Positions 11,575 through 23,770 of a DNA stretch of 64,000 nt are shown here, piece by piece (positions within the stretch are counted from its first letter, which is position 1; each line of letters starts with the position of its first letter). Both the position numbers and the translations under genes were made by a program. A model generated the notes under the pieces. That model worked only from the letters and a program-made list of their open reading frames with translations. It was not told the DNA's origin and made no database searches. Source of the stretch: an uncultured Gemmatimonadales bacterium (GTDB taxonomy: Bacteria; Gemmatimonadota; Gemmatimonadetes; Gemmatimonadales; Gemmatimonadaceae); assembly GCA_963702945.1 (NCBI GenBank), contig OY969773.1, forward strand, positions 591,073 to 655,072, read 5' to 3'.

Positions 11575-11637
11575 GTCTGTCCCAGTATACACGGGGCGAC
11601 GGCAAAGGTGCCAGCCTGGCGGTCCGGAAGTGGAAGG

Positions 11638-12696
11638 TCACGCCGCGCAGCAGGGATCGATGAACTCCGGGTCCGGCGTCAGATCAGCGGCCTGGCCCGC
11701 GGCGCTGTCGAACTCCCCACGTGCGCGCCGCTCCAGGTAGTCGGCGAAAATGCCCTCGACCTCGCCGAACGAGTCGACCGTGTGCAGGCGGCGGCGCAAA
11801 TCGGCCGAGTTGGGCAGCCCCTTCACGTACCAACCGAGGTGCTTCCGAAATTCGAGTGCGGCCCCGACGAGATCCGCCTCGTACGCCTGGACCATTCGGG
11901 CGTGCTCGAGCGCGACCGCGAAGCGCTCGTCGACCGGCGGCGTAGGCCGCATCGGCCGGCCTGCAATGAGATCCTTGGCCTGATCAAAGATCCAGGGCTG
12001 ACCATACGAGCCGCGACCGATCATGATCCCGGCCGCGCCAGTCACCCGCAGCATGCGGAGCGCATCGTCAGGCGTCTTGATGTCGCCGTTCCCGATCACC
12101 GGAACGTCGAGCGCCTCGACGACCGCCGCGATCTCTTCCCAGCGTGCATGGCCGGTGTACATCTGCGTCCGCGTCCGGGCGTGGAGCGTGAACGCACGCG
12201 CGCCGGCGTCCTGCATGCGCAGCGCGATCCCGACCGGGTCGCGCGTATCCTCGCTCCAGCCGCTGCGGGTCTTGACCGTGACGGGGAGATGCGTGGCGCC
12301 CGCCACAGCGCGAATGATCTGGGCCACGAGGTCCATGTCCTTCAGGCACCCCGAACCACCATTCCGCCGGACGACCTTCTTCACGGGACATCCGAAATTG
12401 ATGTCCACGAACTCGGGCTGGAACACATCCGTCACGAGCGCTGCCGCGTCCGCCATCGCGGCCGGATCAGCGCCGAAGATCTGTACGCCGATGGGCCGCT
12501 CCTCGGCCGCGAAGCGCAGCTTTCGCAGCGTGGCTTCGTTCTCGCGGCGGATACCTTCGGCGGAGAGAAACTCGGTGACCACGACGTCAGCGCCGTGCGA
12601 GCGGCACAGCCGCCGGAACGGCGACTCCGACACTCCGGCCATCGGCGCGAGGTAGAGCGGGACCTCGGCGCGCACGGGAAATGGAAACGTGGGCAT
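11638..12696 (-). CDS. dusB: tRNA-dihydrouridine synthase B
   Basis: LAPMAGVS, VDINFGCPVKKV, VTVKTRSGW, HARTRTQMY, GNGDI, MIGRG. Confidence 0.93.
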   Translation of the reverse strand: MPTFPFPVRAEVPLYLAPMAGVSESPFRRLCRSHGADVVVTEFLSAEGIRRENEATLRKLRFAAEERPIGVQIFGADPAAMADAAALVTDVFQPEFVDINFGCPVKKVVRRNGGSGCLKDMDLVAQIIRAVAGATHLPVTVKTRSGWSEDTRDPVGIALRMQDAGARAFTLHARTRTQMYTGHARWEEIAAVVEALDVPVIGNGDIKTPDDALRMLRVTGAAGIMIGRGSYGQPWIFDQAKDLIAGRPMRPTPPVDERFAVALEHARMVQAYEADLVGAALEFRKHLGWYVKGLPNSADLRRRLHTVDSFGEVEGIFADYLERRARGEFDSAAGQAADLTPDPEFIDPCCAA

Positions 12697-12816
12697 GCAC
12701 GCAACTTAGCAATCCCCGCCCGCGCTTGCCGGTCATCGCGGCCGTTCCTAGCTTGGCGTGCTTAGCCGCGCCGGAGCACCTCGCTCCAGCCGCGCGGGTA
12801 CCTCTCCGTACGTGCC

Positions 12817-13269
12817 ATGGAACTGCGCGAGTTTTTCTCCGAGGACGCCGTCAGACTCGACCTCGAGGCGACGAGCAAGGACGACGTGCTGAAGGAGCTG
12901 ATCGGCCTGCTCAAGCTCGACGACAAGTCGGAAGGCATGCTCTTCAAGATGCTCAAGCGCCGCGAGAACCTCGGCTCCACTGGCATCGGCCGCGGTATCG
13001 CCATCCCGCACTGCCGCTCGCTCGTCGTGAACAAGCTTCGAGTGGCCTTCGGTCGGAAAAAGGACGGGATCGATTTCAAGGCGATCGACGAGAAGCCCGT
13101 GCACTTCTGCTTCCTGATCGTCGCTCCACCGCTCGAAGTGTCGAATCAGTATCTGCCGGTGTTAGGCAAGATCGCGCAGTTCAGCAAGGAGCCGGACGTG
13201 CCGCAGCGGTTACTGGAGCTGACGCAGCCGGCGCAGTTCATGGAGCTGCTGAAGGAAAAGGGCGTGTAG
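12817..13269 (+). CDS. PTS EIIA component (Ntr/fructose type)
   Basis: RENLGSTGIGRGIAIPHCR phospho-His motif, GIDFKAIDEKPVH. Confidence 0.92.
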   Translation: MELREFFSEDAVRLDLEATSKDDVLKELIGLLKLDDKSEGMLFKMLKRRENLGSTGIGRGIAIPHCRSLVVNKLRVAFGRKKDGIDFKAIDEKPVHFCFLIVAPPLEVSNQYLPVLGKIAQFSKEPDVPQRLLELTQPAQFMELLKEKGV

Positions 13270-13287
13270 CCTGTCGCAGCCGGCCGG

Positions 13288-14187
13288 TCAGCGGGTGCCG
13301 AGCAGGAAGATCCCGAGGCCGACCAGGCAGAGCGTCGCGACTGTTAGGAACGGAATCGTGATCGCCGTGATCCTGACCGCGGTGACCCACCACCGCCCGC
13401 CGTACACGCGTCGCATCGCGAGGGCCATGTAGACGAGCGTGCCGAGCGCGAGCGCGCGATTGGCGGCGGAGTGGAGCCAGAGTGGCCCATACACCTGGGC
13501 GGCGCGGTCGACGAGGCTCGCGGCGAAGTAGAAAGAGAAGACGTGCAGGGCGAAATACAGGTGAGCCGGGTAGCGCCAGGCGCGGCGGCGGACCGTGAGC
13601 TGGACTAACAGCGCGAACAGCGGCACGAGTACGAACATCAGCCGCGGGAACTCGGGAATTACGACGCGGAACCCTTCCGCCGGGTCCGCGCCGAAACGCG
13701 CGATCCCCGTGAGCAGCACGCGTTGCGGGGCCGGTGCGTGTCCGTACTTGCGCTCGACCCTTGCGCGGAACTCCGCGGTGGACGCGCGCTCCGCCGCACT
13801 TCGGCTCGCCTGCAGCGTCTGCGGGTTGAACGTCGTGCCGAGCACCGCGAAATATGCGGCGCTCATCGTGAGGTAGACGTTGATCGGCCGCAGGTATGGC
13901 GCGCGGCGGCCGCGGAGCCACTCCACCGTGAGCGCGCCCGGGCGCGCGACGAGGAGTGCCACCGTCCGCACGAGCTTTCCGTCGACGGTCCCAAACGTGT
14001 CCCACAACTCGCCCACGAGGACGCGTGCGCTCGGGTTGTGCGGGACGTCGCGCTGACCGCACTGCGCGCAGTACGGGCCGCCTAACGCCGCCGCGCAGTT
14101 CGTGCACGCCGGCGCGCCAACCAGCTCACTCCCACTCGATGGTAGCGGGCGGTTTGGAGCTGACGTCGTAGGCAACGCGATTGACAC
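13288..14187 (-). CDS. DUF3667-like membrane protein with N-terminal zinc ribbon (true start probably near 14125)
   Basis: [42 protein letters not shown], several TM segments. Confidence 0.8.
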   Translation of the reverse strand: MSIALPTTSAPNRPLPSSGSELVGAPACTNCAAALGGPYCAQCGQRDVPHNPSARVLVGELWDTFGTVDGKLVRTVALLVARPGALTVEWLRGRRAPYLRPINVYLTMSAAYFAVLGTTFNPQTLQASRSAAERASTAEFRARVERKYGHAPAPQRVLLTGIARFGADPAEGFRVVIPEFPRLMFVLVPLFALLVQLTVRRRAWRYPAHLYFALHVFSFYFAASLVDRAAQVYGPLWLHSAANRALALGTLVYMALAMRRVYGGRWWVTAVRITAITIPFLTVATLCLVGLGIFLLGTR

Positions 14188-15670
14188 CGTCCACCTCGTT
14201 GATGATCCGGTTCGACATTCGTGCGAGGACGTCGTGCGGCATCGGATACCAGTCGGCCGTCATGCCGTCGGTACTCGTCACTGCACGTAATGCGAGCACA
14301 TAGTCGTACGTGCGTTCGTCGCCCATGACGCCGACACTCCGCACGGGCAGGAGCACGGCGAACGCCTGCCAGATCTCGTCATAGAGCCCCGCCGCGCGGA
14401 TCTCCTCAAGGTAGATCGCGTCGGCCGACCGCAGCACTTCCAGCTGCGCCGGCGTCACCGCGCCCAACACCCGGATCGCGAGCCCCGGTCCCGGGAACGG
14501 ATGGCGTCCGACCATCTCTTCCGGGAGGCCGAGCTCGCGCCCGACGTTCCGCACCTCGTCCTTGAACAACTCACGGAGTGGCTCGATCAACGCGAACTGC
14601 ATGTCGGCCTTGAGGCCGCCGACGTTGTGGTGCGTCTTGATCGTCACGCTCGGACCGCCGCTCGGCGACGCGCTCTCGATCACGTCCGGATAGAGCGTGC
14701 CCTGCACGAGAAAACGCACGTCCGGACCGACCGACGCGGCGGCGTCCTCGAAGACATCGATGAACGTGTGGCCGATGATCTTGCGCTTCTGCTCCGGGTC
14801 ATCGACACCAGCGAGCGCGGTCAGGAAGCGTTCCGACGCGTCCACCACGCGCAGGTCGATCCCGAGGTGGCGCCGAAAGGTCGAGTCGACCTGCTCGCGC
14901 TCATGCCGGCGAAGCAGTCCATTGTCGACGAAGATGCAGGTCAGCTGATCGCCGATCGCGCGGTGGACCAACGCGGCCGCCACGGCCGAATCGACGCCAC
15001 CCGACAGTCCGCAGATCACACGCGACGTTCCAACGCGCTCGCGAACGCGCGCGACCTCGTCGGCGACGAACGCGCCGGGCGTCCACGACGCCTCAGCATG
15101 ACAGACGTCGAAGAGGAAGTTGGAAATCAGCTCGGTGCCGCGCGGCGTGTGCGCGACCTCCGGGTGAAACTGCACGCCATGGATCGGCTTCGTGCGATGC
15201 CGCATCGCTGCGACCGCGCAGTTCGCGCTGCTCGCCGTGACCACGTAGTCGGCGGGGGGAACCTCGACGTGATCGCCGTGGCTCATCCACGCGGTGAACG
15301 CCTCGCCACCGCCGAAGCCGGCGAAAAGCCCCGCTGCGTCAGTGACCGTGACCTCCGCGCGTCCGTACTCGCGACGCCCCGCGCGTTCGACTCCCCCGCG
15401 CTCCAGGTGCGCGATGAGCTGCATGCCGTAGCACACGCCCAACACCGGGGCGATGTCGAGCAGCGCCGGGTCGGCCGTTGGCACGTTGTCGCCGTACACC
15501 GAGTTCGGGCCGCCCGAAAGGATGATCCCCGTCGGCGCCCACGCGCGCACCCAGTCGAGCGTGCGAGTCGGCGGGTGAATTTCCGAGTACACGCGCGCCT
15601 CGCGTACGCGCCGCGCGATCAGCTGCGTGTACTGCGACCCGTAGTCGAGAATAAGAATGCGGCTGGACAT
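14126..15670 (-). CDS. guaA: GMP synthase (glutamine-hydrolysing)
   Basis: [59 protein letters not shown]. Confidence 0.98.
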   Translation of the reverse strand: MSSRILILDYGSQYTQLIARRVREARVYSEIHPPTRTLDWVRAWAPTGIILSGGPNSVYGDNVPTADPALLDIAPVLGVCYGMQLIAHLERGGVERAGRREYGRAEVTVTDAAGLFAGFGGGEAFTAWMSHGDHVEVPPADYVVTASSANCAVAAMRHRTKPIHGVQFHPEVAHTPRGTELISNFLFDVCHAEASWTPGAFVADEVARVRERVGTSRVICGLSGGVDSAVAAALVHRAIGDQLTCIFVDNGLLRRHEREQVDSTFRRHLGIDLRVVDASERFLTALAGVDDPEQKRKIIGHTFIDVFEDAAASVGPDVRFLVQGTLYPDVIESASPSGGPSVTIKTHHNVGGLKADMQFALIEPLRELFKDEVRNVGRELGLPEEMVGRHPFPGPGLAIRVLGAVTPAQLEVLRSADAIYLEEIRAAGLYDEIWQAFAVLLPVRSVGVMGDERTYDYVLALRAVTSTDGMTADWYPMPHDVLARMSNRIINEVDGVNRVAYDVSSKPPATIEWE

Positions 15671-15705
15671 GAAGACGCGGGAGTGCGGTGCGCGCGGTCG
15701 ATCGG

Positions 15706-16215
15706 TTAGGCGTTCCGCGCGAGGTCGAGCGCGAGGCGCTCGACCTGCAGGGTGTCGAGATCCAGGACGGCTGCCGTGCACGCGCCGGTGAGCCACCCGC
15801 ACGCCTCGCCGGGATTCACCATCAGCGTCGTCCCGCGCTGGCGGACTTCGGCGCGGTGCGAGCACCCGTGCACCACGACCGCATGCCCCTCGACGGAACG
15901 CGCGAGCGCGTCCCCGAGGTCGTGCACGAGCAGGAGCGAGCGTCCGCCGAGTTCGAGCGAGTGCGGCGACTCGAAGAGCTCGCCGCCGGCGGCCAACGTC
16001 GCGGCCGCGGCGCGCAGCCCATCGCGATCGCCGTCGTTGCGCCCGAAGACGCCTAACAATGGCAGCCCGGCCTCCCGAAATGGCGCGAGCGAGAACGGCG
16101 CGCAGTAGTCGCCAGCGTGCAGCACGAACAACGCGCCGGCGGCGACGAATTGCGCGACGGCGGCCTCGACTGCGGGCAGACGATCATGGGTGTCGCTGAG
16201 GAGACCGATTTTCAT
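15706..16215 (-). CDS. YfcE/MJ0936-family metallophosphoesterase
   Basis: LSDTHD, HAGDY, GRND, NPGEACG. Confidence 0.88.
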   Translation of the reverse strand: MKIGLLSDTHDRLPAVEAAVAQFVAAGALFVLHAGDYCAPFSLAPFREAGLPLLGVFGRNDGDRDGLRAAAATLAAGGELFESPHSLELGGRSLLLVHDLGDALARSVEGHAVVVHGCSHRAEVRQRGTTLMVNPGEACGWLTGACTAAVLDLDTLQVERLALDLARNA

Positions 16216-17544
16216 ACGCTCGCCGCCTCACGCACATCGACTGCGTCGGCGTGCACGCGTTCATGTTGCACGAGATCCGCGTACGACTCGCGGGTCGTGA
16301 CGACGCGCCATCCCCCGTCCTGCACCATCACCTCGGCCGGTCGCGGGCGCGAGTTGTAGTTCGACGACATCGCAAACCCGTACGCGCCCGCCGTATGAAC
16401 GGCGATCAGATCGCCTGGGCGGAGCTCCTCCATCTCACGGTCGAGCGCGAGAAAATCTCCGCTCTCGCACACCGGGCCGACCACGTCGGCGATGACGTGT
16501 CCCCCGCGCGGCACCACGGGCGTGATCGCGTGGTACGCATCGTAGTGCGACGGGCGCACGAGGTCGTTCATCCCGGCATCGGTGATCACGTACTCCTTGC
16601 CGCCACTGCGCTTGCGGTACAACACGCGCGCGAGCAACACGCCCGCTTCGGCGACGAGGAATCGCCCGGGTTCCAGCACGAGCGATACGCCGAGTCCGCG
16701 GATGGCTTCCTTCACGCCGCGCGCAAACCGTGAGACGTCCGCCGGTGGTTCGTCGCGATACGTCACGCCCAGCCCCCCACCGATATCGAGGTACTCGATC
16801 GTATCGACACCGTCCGCCCGGAGACGCGTCAGGAGCCCAAGCACCCGAAGCAGCGCGGCGCCGTATGGATCGAACGTGGCGAGCTGCGATCCGATGTGCA
16901 TGTCGAGCCCGATCAGCCGAACATTCGCGAGCGAGCGCGCCAGCTCGGCCGCGGCGGTCACGTCGTCGAACGGGATGCCGAACTTGTGTCCCTTCTCGCC
17001 CGTCCGGATGTACTCGTGCGGGCTGTCGACCGTGACCTCGGGATTCACGCGCAGCGCGAGCGGCGCGACGACGCCGCGCTCGCGCGCGACGGCGTCGAGG
17101 AGCACCAATTCGTCCACGCTCTCGACATTGACGAAGAGCACGCTCGGCGTCGAGCGCCTCATCGAGCTCGCGCGCCGTCTTGCCAACGCCGCTGAACACG
17201 ACGTCTCCCGGGCCGAACCCGGCCGCGCGTGCGCGATACAGCTCGCCGCCCGACACGACGTCCACGCCCGCGCCTAACGCCCGGAACTCGCGCAGCAGCG
17301 AGAGGTTCGAGTTCGCCTTGACGCTGTAGTGGATGCGGTGCGGCACGCCCGCGAACGCGCGCGCGAGGCGCTGGTACTGCGCCCGAACCGTCGGGACGTC
17401 GTACACGTACGTCGGCGTTCCGACTGCGGCCGCGATGTCGGGGAGCGACACGTCGCCCGCGTGCAGCACGCCGTCGCGCAGCGCGAACGCGGAGGTCGCG
17501 CCCGCCCCGGCCGAATCCGCGACGCTCAGTACGCCCGCGCCCAC
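16212..17544 (-). CDS. lysA: Diaminopimelate decarboxylase, interrupted by a +1 frameshift near 17144
   Basis: [22 protein letters not shown] in one frame; [33 protein letters not shown] in the next. Confidence 0.93.
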
Positions 17545-18992
17545 AGCACCTCGTGCTGCGCCGGCTCTCCGGTGACGAGACAGCGCGTCGGCGCTTCCGC
17601 ACTCCGAAACTCCTCGTCGGGGATGACGCGGATCGTTGCCTTCGTCTCTTCCTTCACACGCGCCTCGACCGCCGGATCGCCGTTCCACCCGGCGTAGACG
17701 AACCCGCCGGCTTCGATGATCTGCTTGAACTGGTCGTAGCTGGTCACCCCGCGGTGCGAGCCGGCGTCGAGCCGCCCGCGCGCCGCCGCGAGCATGTCGC
17801 TCTGCATCGTCTCGAGCAGCTCCTCCACTTCCTCGCCGATGGCGTCGAGCGAGACGGTTTGCTTGGCGCGCGTGTCGCGGCGCACGAGCACGGCCTGATT
17901 CGCGTCGAGGTCGCGCGGACCAATCTCCATGCGCAGCGGGATGCCGCGGAGCTCCCAGTGATAGTACTTCGCACCCGGCTTCAGCCCCTCACGCGCGTCC
18001 ACGTGGACGCGGAGACGATTCGGATCGCGACGCTCCCAATCTGCGAGCGTCCGCCGGATGCGCTCCGCGGCTTCGAGCACCCGCGCGCGGTCCTCGTCCG
18101 TGCGGTAGATCGGCACGATGACGAGCTCGATCGGTGCGAGGAGCGGCGGCGTCTGCAACCCGTTGTCGTCCGAGTGCGTCATGATGAGCCCACCGACCAG
18201 GCGCGTGGACACGCCCCAACTCGTGTTCCACGCATGTTCGATCGTGCCGCCCTCGCTCTGGAACGTGAGGTCGAACGCCTTCGCGAAGTTCTGCCCGAGG
18301 TTGTGCGACGTTCCGGCCTGCAACGCGCGCCCGTCCTGCATCATCGCTTCACAGCTGTACGTTCGCAGCGCGCCGGCAAACTTCTCGCTCTCGGTCTTCT
18401 GCCCCGTGATCACGGGCATCGCGATGTGTCCTTCCATGAAGTCGCGGTACACGCCTAACATCTGGCGTGCCTCGGCTTCGGCCTCATCGTGCGTCGCGTG
18501 CGCGGTGTGCCCTTCCTGCCATAAAAATTCGAGCGTGCGCAGGAACAACCGCGTCCGCATCTCCCAACGCACCACGTTCGCCCACTGGTTGTAGAGCAGT
18601 GGCAGGTCGCGATAGCTCTGCACCCACTTCGCGAACATGTGGTAGATGATCGTCTCCGACGTCGGGCGGACGACGAGCGGCTCCTCCAACTCCTTGCCGC
18701 CACCATGCGTCACGACGGCCGTCTCGGGCGCGAACCCTTCGACGTGCTGCGCCTCCTTGCTCAGGAAGCTCTGCGGGATGAAGAGCGGGAAGTACGCGTT
18801 GACGTGTCCCGTCTCCTTGAACATGTCGTCGAGCGCGCGCTGCATGCGCTCCCAGATCCCGTAGCCGTTCGGCCGGATCACCATGCAGCCGCGGACCGGC
18901 GCGTAGTCGGCGAGCTCCGCACGCACGACCAGTTCGTTGTACCAGGCGCTGAAGTCGGCGGCGCGGGTGGTGAGCTTCTTGTCGTCGGCCAT
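17526..18992 (-). CDS. proS: Proline--tRNA ligase (archaeal/eukaryote-like family)
   Basis: [45 protein letters not shown]-terminal ARAY. Confidence 0.97.
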   Translation of the reverse strand: MADDKKLTTRAADFSAWYNELVVRAELADYAPVRGCMVIRPNGYGIWERMQRALDDMFKETGHVNAYFPLFIPQSFLSKEAQHVEGFAPETAVVTHGGGKELEEPLVVRPTSETIIYHMFAKWVQSYRDLPLLYNQWANVVRWEMRTRLFLRTLEFLWQEGHTAHATHDEAEAEARQMLGVYRDFMEGHIAMPVITGQKTESEKFAGALRTYSCEAMMQDGRALQAGTSHNLGQNFAKAFDLTFQSEGGTIEHAWNTSWGVSTRLVGGLIMTHSDDNGLQTPPLLAPIELVIVPIYRTDEDRARVLEAAERIRRTLADWERRDPNRLRVHVDAREGLKPGAKYYHWELRGIPLRMEIGPRDLDANQAVLVRRDTRAKQTVSLDAIGEEVEELLETMQSDMLAAARGRLDAGSHRGVTSYDQFKQIIEAGGFVYAGWNGDPAVEARVKEETKATIRVIPDEEFRSAEAPTRCLVTGEPAQHEVLWARAY

Positions 18993-20293
18993 CAGTTGGG
19001 AAGGTCGTGCCGGTCAGTCATCCAGGCGTCGCCGCGAACGCGCGTCCGCGCGCCGTCGGCGACATCTTCGATCTCGTATTCGTCGCCCGAACCGTCGGGC
19101 GGGAGCGCGCGCACGATGCGGCGCGCTCCTGCATTGAACGCGGCTTTCTTCTGCTTGCCCGCGGCCTGTGCGCGCAGCGGGTACTCGACGCGCGCGCCCG
19201 CGCCACGCAGCTGCGTCGCCAGCGCCATTGCGCGCTGCGTGCCGTCCGCTGCGCTCGGGTCGACCTCGACCCAGTAGTCGATCGCGGGCTCGGCGGCGGG
19301 CATCAGCTTTCGGTCCCGCAGCAATTCGCCGAGCACGACATCGCCCATTCCGAAGCCGAGCGCCGGGAGTTCGGCGCCGCCGAGCGCGCCTAACAACGTG
19401 TCGTATCGCCCGCCGCCGCATATCGCGCGGAACTCGCCCTTCGCGTCGAACAGCTCGAAGACGATCCCGGTGTAGTACGCGAGTCCTCGTACGATCGACA
19501 GATCGAGCGTCACCCAGTCCGCGATCCCGAGCGCGCCGCAATAGTCCAGATATCGAGCGAAGCGGTCGAGTGACTCCGCAACGGCCGGATCGCGACCGTA
19601 CTCCGCGCGCAGGGTGTCGATGGTCGCCGCCCGGGCAAGGTCGAGCACGCGCTCAGCGGCCTCGCGGGCGATCCCGGCCTCGCGCAACCGCTCGATGAGC
19701 ACGTCCCGCGGATCGCGCTCCACCTTGTCCACGGCCGCGTACGCGGCCGGAAGCTCGGCGTCGGTTAGGCCAATACCACGCAACAGTGCGGCTAGCAGCC
19801 GGCGATCGCTGACACGGGCACGTACGTCAGCCGCTGTCAGCCCGAAGCCGCGGATGATGTCGACGGCGACCGCGAGCAACTCCGCGTCGGCCGTCACGTC
19901 TGCTTCGCCGACGAGATCGACGTTGAGCTGATAATGCTCGCGCAAACGCCCACGCTGCTGGCGCTCGTATCGAAAGAGCTGCGGAATCGAGAACCACCGC
20001 ACCGGCTTCCGGAGCGCATTCGCCTTCGCCCCGATCAACCGCGCGACCGTCGGTGTCATTTCCGGGCGCAGTGCGACGTCGCGCCCACCCTTGTCCGTGA
20101 AATTGTACAGCTGCGTGACGATCTCCTCGCCACTCTTCCGCGTGTAGAGGTCGAGCGGCTCGAGCGGCGGCCCGTCGTACTCGACGAAACCATACCGCGC
20201 CGCGACCTCGCGCCAGATGCCGAAAATGTACGCGCGCTCGGCGAACTCCTGCGGGTAGAAGTCGCGGAACCCCGGGAGTGGCTTGGCGGACAT
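18992..20293 (-). CDS. hisS: Histidine--tRNA ligase
   Basis: [44 protein letters not shown]. Confidence 0.97.
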   Translation of the reverse strand: MSAKPLPGFRDFYPQEFAERAYIFGIWREVAARYGFVEYDGPPLEPLDLYTRKSGEEIVTQLYNFTDKGGRDVALRPEMTPTVARLIGAKANALRKPVRWFSIPQLFRYERQQRGRLREHYQLNVDLVGEADVTADAELLAVAVDIIRGFGLTAADVRARVSDRRLLAALLRGIGLTDAELPAAYAAVDKVERDPRDVLIERLREAGIAREAAERVLDLARAATIDTLRAEYGRDPAVAESLDRFARYLDYCGALGIADWVTLDLSIVRGLAYYTGIVFELFDAKGEFRAICGGGRYDTLLGALGGAELPALGFGMGDVVLGELLRDRKLMPAAEPAIDYWVEVDPSAADGTQRAMALATQLRGAGARVEYPLRAQAAGKQKKAAFNAGARRIVRALPPDGSGDEYEIEDVADGARTRVRGDAWMTDRHDLPN

Positions 20294-20302
20294 TCGGCTA
20301 AG

Positions 20303-21629
20303 CTACGCGCCAAGCGGATCGACCTGCAAGCGCGCCATCGCGTCGCCTACAGTGTGGAAGGAGCCGGTGACGAGTGCCGTCCCGCCAGCGCGATCGACCC
20401 GCGCAACCGCCGCATCGAAGTCGCCGACCGCTTCTCCGGCATACCGACGTTCTGCGAGGTACGCCGCGGCCAGGTCCAGATTCCAGACACGCCCAGGTGG
20501 CGCCGTCGGAGGCGTCGAGAGCACGAACCAGTCGACGACGGGCGCAAGGGCGTCCAACACGCCGCGCCAATCCTTGTCGGCCAGCACGCCAACCAGCGCT
20601 GTCACCGGTCGTGCCAGCCCCGCACCGTCTGTGGTCAGCGCATCGATGGTCGTGCGGAGCGCCCGTGCGCCGTCCGGATTGTGCGCGACGTCGAACAGCC
20701 ATTTGCCGTGCTTCTGCGCACGCCCGGCAAGGCGCACGTGCGTCAGCGCGCCCGCAAATTCCGTCCACGTGGGCGCGTACGCCGGCCCCGCGGCGTCCAT
20801 CATCGCAAGCGCCGTCGCGACGTTTCGTGGCTGGAACGCGCCGCGGAGCGGAATCGAACCGTCGAGATGGCGACCCGCGCGCTGGAGTAGGAAACGCGTC
20901 CCGGTCGCCTCGACGCGCACTTCGTCAATGGCATAGTCATCGGCGACGACATGGACCGGCGCGGCTCCGACGGCGTGCGCCCGCGCGGTGAGTACCGCGC
21001 GCGCCTCGTCGCCCCACGCGCCGACCACGGCAGGCACGCCCGGCTTGAAGATTCCTGCCTTCTCGCCCGCGATCTCGGCGATCGTCGACCCGAGCAATTC
21101 GGTGTGATCGAGCCCGATTTCCGTCACCCCCGCCACGAGCGGCGTGACGACGTTGGTCGCGTCGAGTCGCCCGCCGAGGCCCGTCTCTATGACCGCGACG
21201 TCCACGCGGGCGCGCGCGAAATGATCGAACGCGAGTGCGGTCGTGATCTCGAAAAACGTCGCGCCCACCCGTGCCGCCTCGGGCTCGGTGCGAGCGAGAA
21301 ACGTCGACGATCGCGCCTTCCGCGATCGCTACGCCGTCGACGACGAACCGCTCGCGGAAGTCGATGAGATGTGGCGACGTATACGTTCCAACGCGCAACC
21401 CGCGCGCCCTGAGCGCCGCGGTGAGAATCGCGACGGTGCTCCCCTTGCCGTTCGTGCCCGCGACGTGGAACACGGGATAGCGCCGGTGCGGATCGCCGAG
21501 CGAGGCGAGCAGGGCGCGGACGCGCTCCAATCCGTAGCGACTGGCGCCCCCGGTTCGCGCAAAGAGCGCGTCGAGCGCCGCGCGATACGCCGCGGGGGAG
21601 CTTGTCGCGGCCGTGTTAGGCGGGCTCAG
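20303..21629 (-). CDS. folC: Folylpolyglutamate/dihydrofolate synthase, +1 frameshift near 21302; start uncertain (possibly CTG)
   Basis: HVAGTNGKGS, YTSPHL..FRER in first frame; TFFEITT, ETGLGGRLDATN, EKAGI, DVAHN, TGSF in second. Confidence 0.92.
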
Positions 21630-22486
21630 TCGGCCGCGTAGCCCGCGGCGGCGGGCTTGCCCGTCATGTGGCGCAGCATCTGCCCGATCGTGCCCTTGAG
21701 CTGACGACGAGGGACGACGGCGTCCAACATCCCGTGTTCCAAGAGGAACTCGGCGGTCTGAAAGCCTTCCGGCAGATCCTGGCCGAGCGTCTGCTTGATC
21801 ACGCGCGGCCCCGCAAACCCGATCACCGCGCCCGGTTCGGCGAGGATCAGATCCCCGAGCATCGCGTAGCTCGCACTCACGCCACCCGTCGTCGGATTGG
21901 TGAGAAGCGAGACGTACGGAATCCGGCGTTCGGCCAACTGCGACAGCACCGCGGCCGCTTTCGCCATCTGCATGAGCGACAGAACGCCCTCCTGCATGCG
22001 CGCGCCGCCCGATGTCGAGACGATGATGAACGGTTGCTTCTTCTCGAGCGCGCGTTGTCCGGCACGCGCGATCTTCTCGCCCACGACGGACCCCATCGAG
22101 CCGCCCATGAAGGCGAAGTCCATCACACCGACGTTGATCGGAATGTCGCCGAGCGTACCCGTGGCCGTGATGATCGCGTCCGACTCGCCTGCGTTGGTCT
22201 GCGCCTTGGCGAGACGCGCCTGATACTCAGGGAATCCGAGCGGATCGGCCGAGCGGAGCGACGTCTCCGTCTCCGTCCAGCCGTCGTCGAGCAGGATATT
22301 GCAGTAGTCCACCGCGCGGATGCGACGGTGATACTCGCAGTTGGGGCACACGTTGAGGTTGCGCACGAACTTTTCGCGCAGATCCGTGTGACCGCACGCC
22401 TCGCACTTCTCCCATGCATCGGGCGGGATTTCGAGGCGTTCGCGCTGTGGCAGCCGCGTCTTTTTTTCCTTCCGGAACCAGGCCAT
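21626..22486 (-). CDS. accD: Acetyl-CoA carboxylase carboxyltransferase beta subunit
   Basis: WEKCEAC...CPNC zinc finger, FMGGSMGSVVGEK, SGGARMQE, PTTGGV, GFAGPRVI. Confidence 0.97.
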   Translation of the reverse strand: MAWFRKEKKTRLPQRERLEIPPDAWEKCEACGHTDLREKFVRNLNVCPNCEYHRRIRAVDYCNILLDDGWTETETSLRSADPLGFPEYQARLAKAQTNAGESDAIITATGTLGDIPINVGVMDFAFMGGSMGSVVGEKIARAGQRALEKKQPFIIVSTSGGARMQEGVLSLMQMAKAAAVLSQLAERRIPYVSLLTNPTTGGVSASYAMLGDLILAEPGAVIGFAGPRVIKQTLGQDLPEGFQTAEFLLEHGMLDAVVPRRQLKGTIGQMLRHMTGKPAAAGYAAD

Positions 22487-22495
22487 CCCCGAATC

Positions 22496-23770
22496 TTACA
22501 CGGTCACGGCGTCGGTGCGGCCTCGTCCCTCACTCGCGATGCGTACGAGCAACCCGATCATCATCCAGCTGATAAGGAGCGACGACCCGCCGTAGCTGAA
22601 GAACGGCAGCGGGATCCCGGTGATCGGCATCAGGTTGAGCGTCATCCCGACGTTCACGAGGACGTGCACGAACCAGATGGATATGAGACCGAACGCCGCG
22701 AGCGACGCGAATGGGTCCGTGGCGCGCGAGGCGATCCGGGTGCCGCGAAGGAGCAGCGCGAGGAACAGTCCGAGGCCGATCGACACCCCGAGGAAGCCGA
22801 GCTCCTCGCCGACGACCGCCCAGATGAAGTCTGTATGCTGCGCGGGGAGGAAGGCGAGTCGCTTCTGCGTTCCCTGCGTCCACCCCTTCCCCACCCAACC
22901 ACCCGACCCGATCGCGACCATCGACTGCAGCACGTGGTAACCCGACGCGCGCGGGTCATTCTGCGGGTCGAGGAAGACCATGAGCCGCTTCTGCTGATAC
23001 GGCTTCAGCTTGTCCCAGAACGGCTGCGATGCGAGCCCCGTCCCGATGTTCAGCACCATGAGTGCGACGCCTTCGAGCAGGAACGGCTTGTAGTAGAAGA
23101 TCAGCGCGAGCAGGACGAAGAACCACGCGCCCCAGAGGGCGACGTTGAACGAGAGCACGAGGCTGACGCCTGGACTCGCGAGCAGGATGATCATCGGCCA
23201 CGGCACGCCGGCCCAGAAGAGCATCGCGAACAGAATGCCGATGAACGCGAGCCCCGATCCGAGGTCCGGTTGGAGCATGATGAGGATCCACGGCACACCG
23301 ACGGCGAGCAGCGGACGCCACAGATCCGCGATCCATCGCGGATCCTCGCGACGCGCGGTGAGCACGCGCGCGAGCAGCAGCACTGTGAGCGGCTTCGCGA
23401 GCTCGGACGGCTGACCGAGGCGCACGCCGCCGATTGTGAGCCAGCCTTTCACGCTTGCCGCCGTCCCTGCGCCGGATCCGAACACGAGAGTGACGGCCAG
23501 CAGGAGCAACCCAAAGAGGTACGCTGGCCACGACAACCACTCGATCAGCCGCATGCTCGCACGGCTCACGATGTACGCAGCCGGGACCGAGATCGCGAGC
23601 CAGAGCAGTTGTCGCTTCCAGGCGCCCGCGACCGCCGCGACCGGGACGTCGGTCTGGCCCGCGGAGTAGACCATCGCAATCCCGTAGATCGACAGCAGGA
23701 TCCCGATGCTGACGAACGTCCAGTCCGAGATCCCGCGCCGGGCCGTGAGCCCGCCAGGACGGGCCGTCAC
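22496..23770 (-). CDS. rodA: Rod shape-determining SEDS protein
   Basis: QPSELAK, QPDLG, GYHVLQS.VAIGSGG, HTDFI, GIPLPFFSYGGSS; follows PBP2. Confidence 0.95.
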   Translation of the reverse strand: MTARPGGLTARRGISDWTFVSIGILLSIYGIAMVYSAGQTDVPVAAVAGAWKRQLLWLAISVPAAYIVSRASMRLIEWLSWPAYLFGLLLLAVTLVFGSGAGTAASVKGWLTIGGVRLGQPSELAKPLTVLLLARVLTARREDPRWIADLWRPLLAVGVPWILIMLQPDLGSGLAFIGILFAMLFWAGVPWPMIILLASPGVSLVLSFNVALWGAWFFVLLALIFYYKPFLLEGVALMVLNIGTGLASQPFWDKLKPYQQKRLMVFLDPQNDPRASGYHVLQSMVAIGSGGWVGKGWTQGTQKRLAFLPAQHTDFIWAVVGEELGFLGVSIGLGLFLALLLRGTRIASRATDPFASLAAFGLISIWFVHVLVNVGMTLNLMPITGIPLPFFSYGGSSLLISWMMIGLLVRIASEGRGRTDAVTV

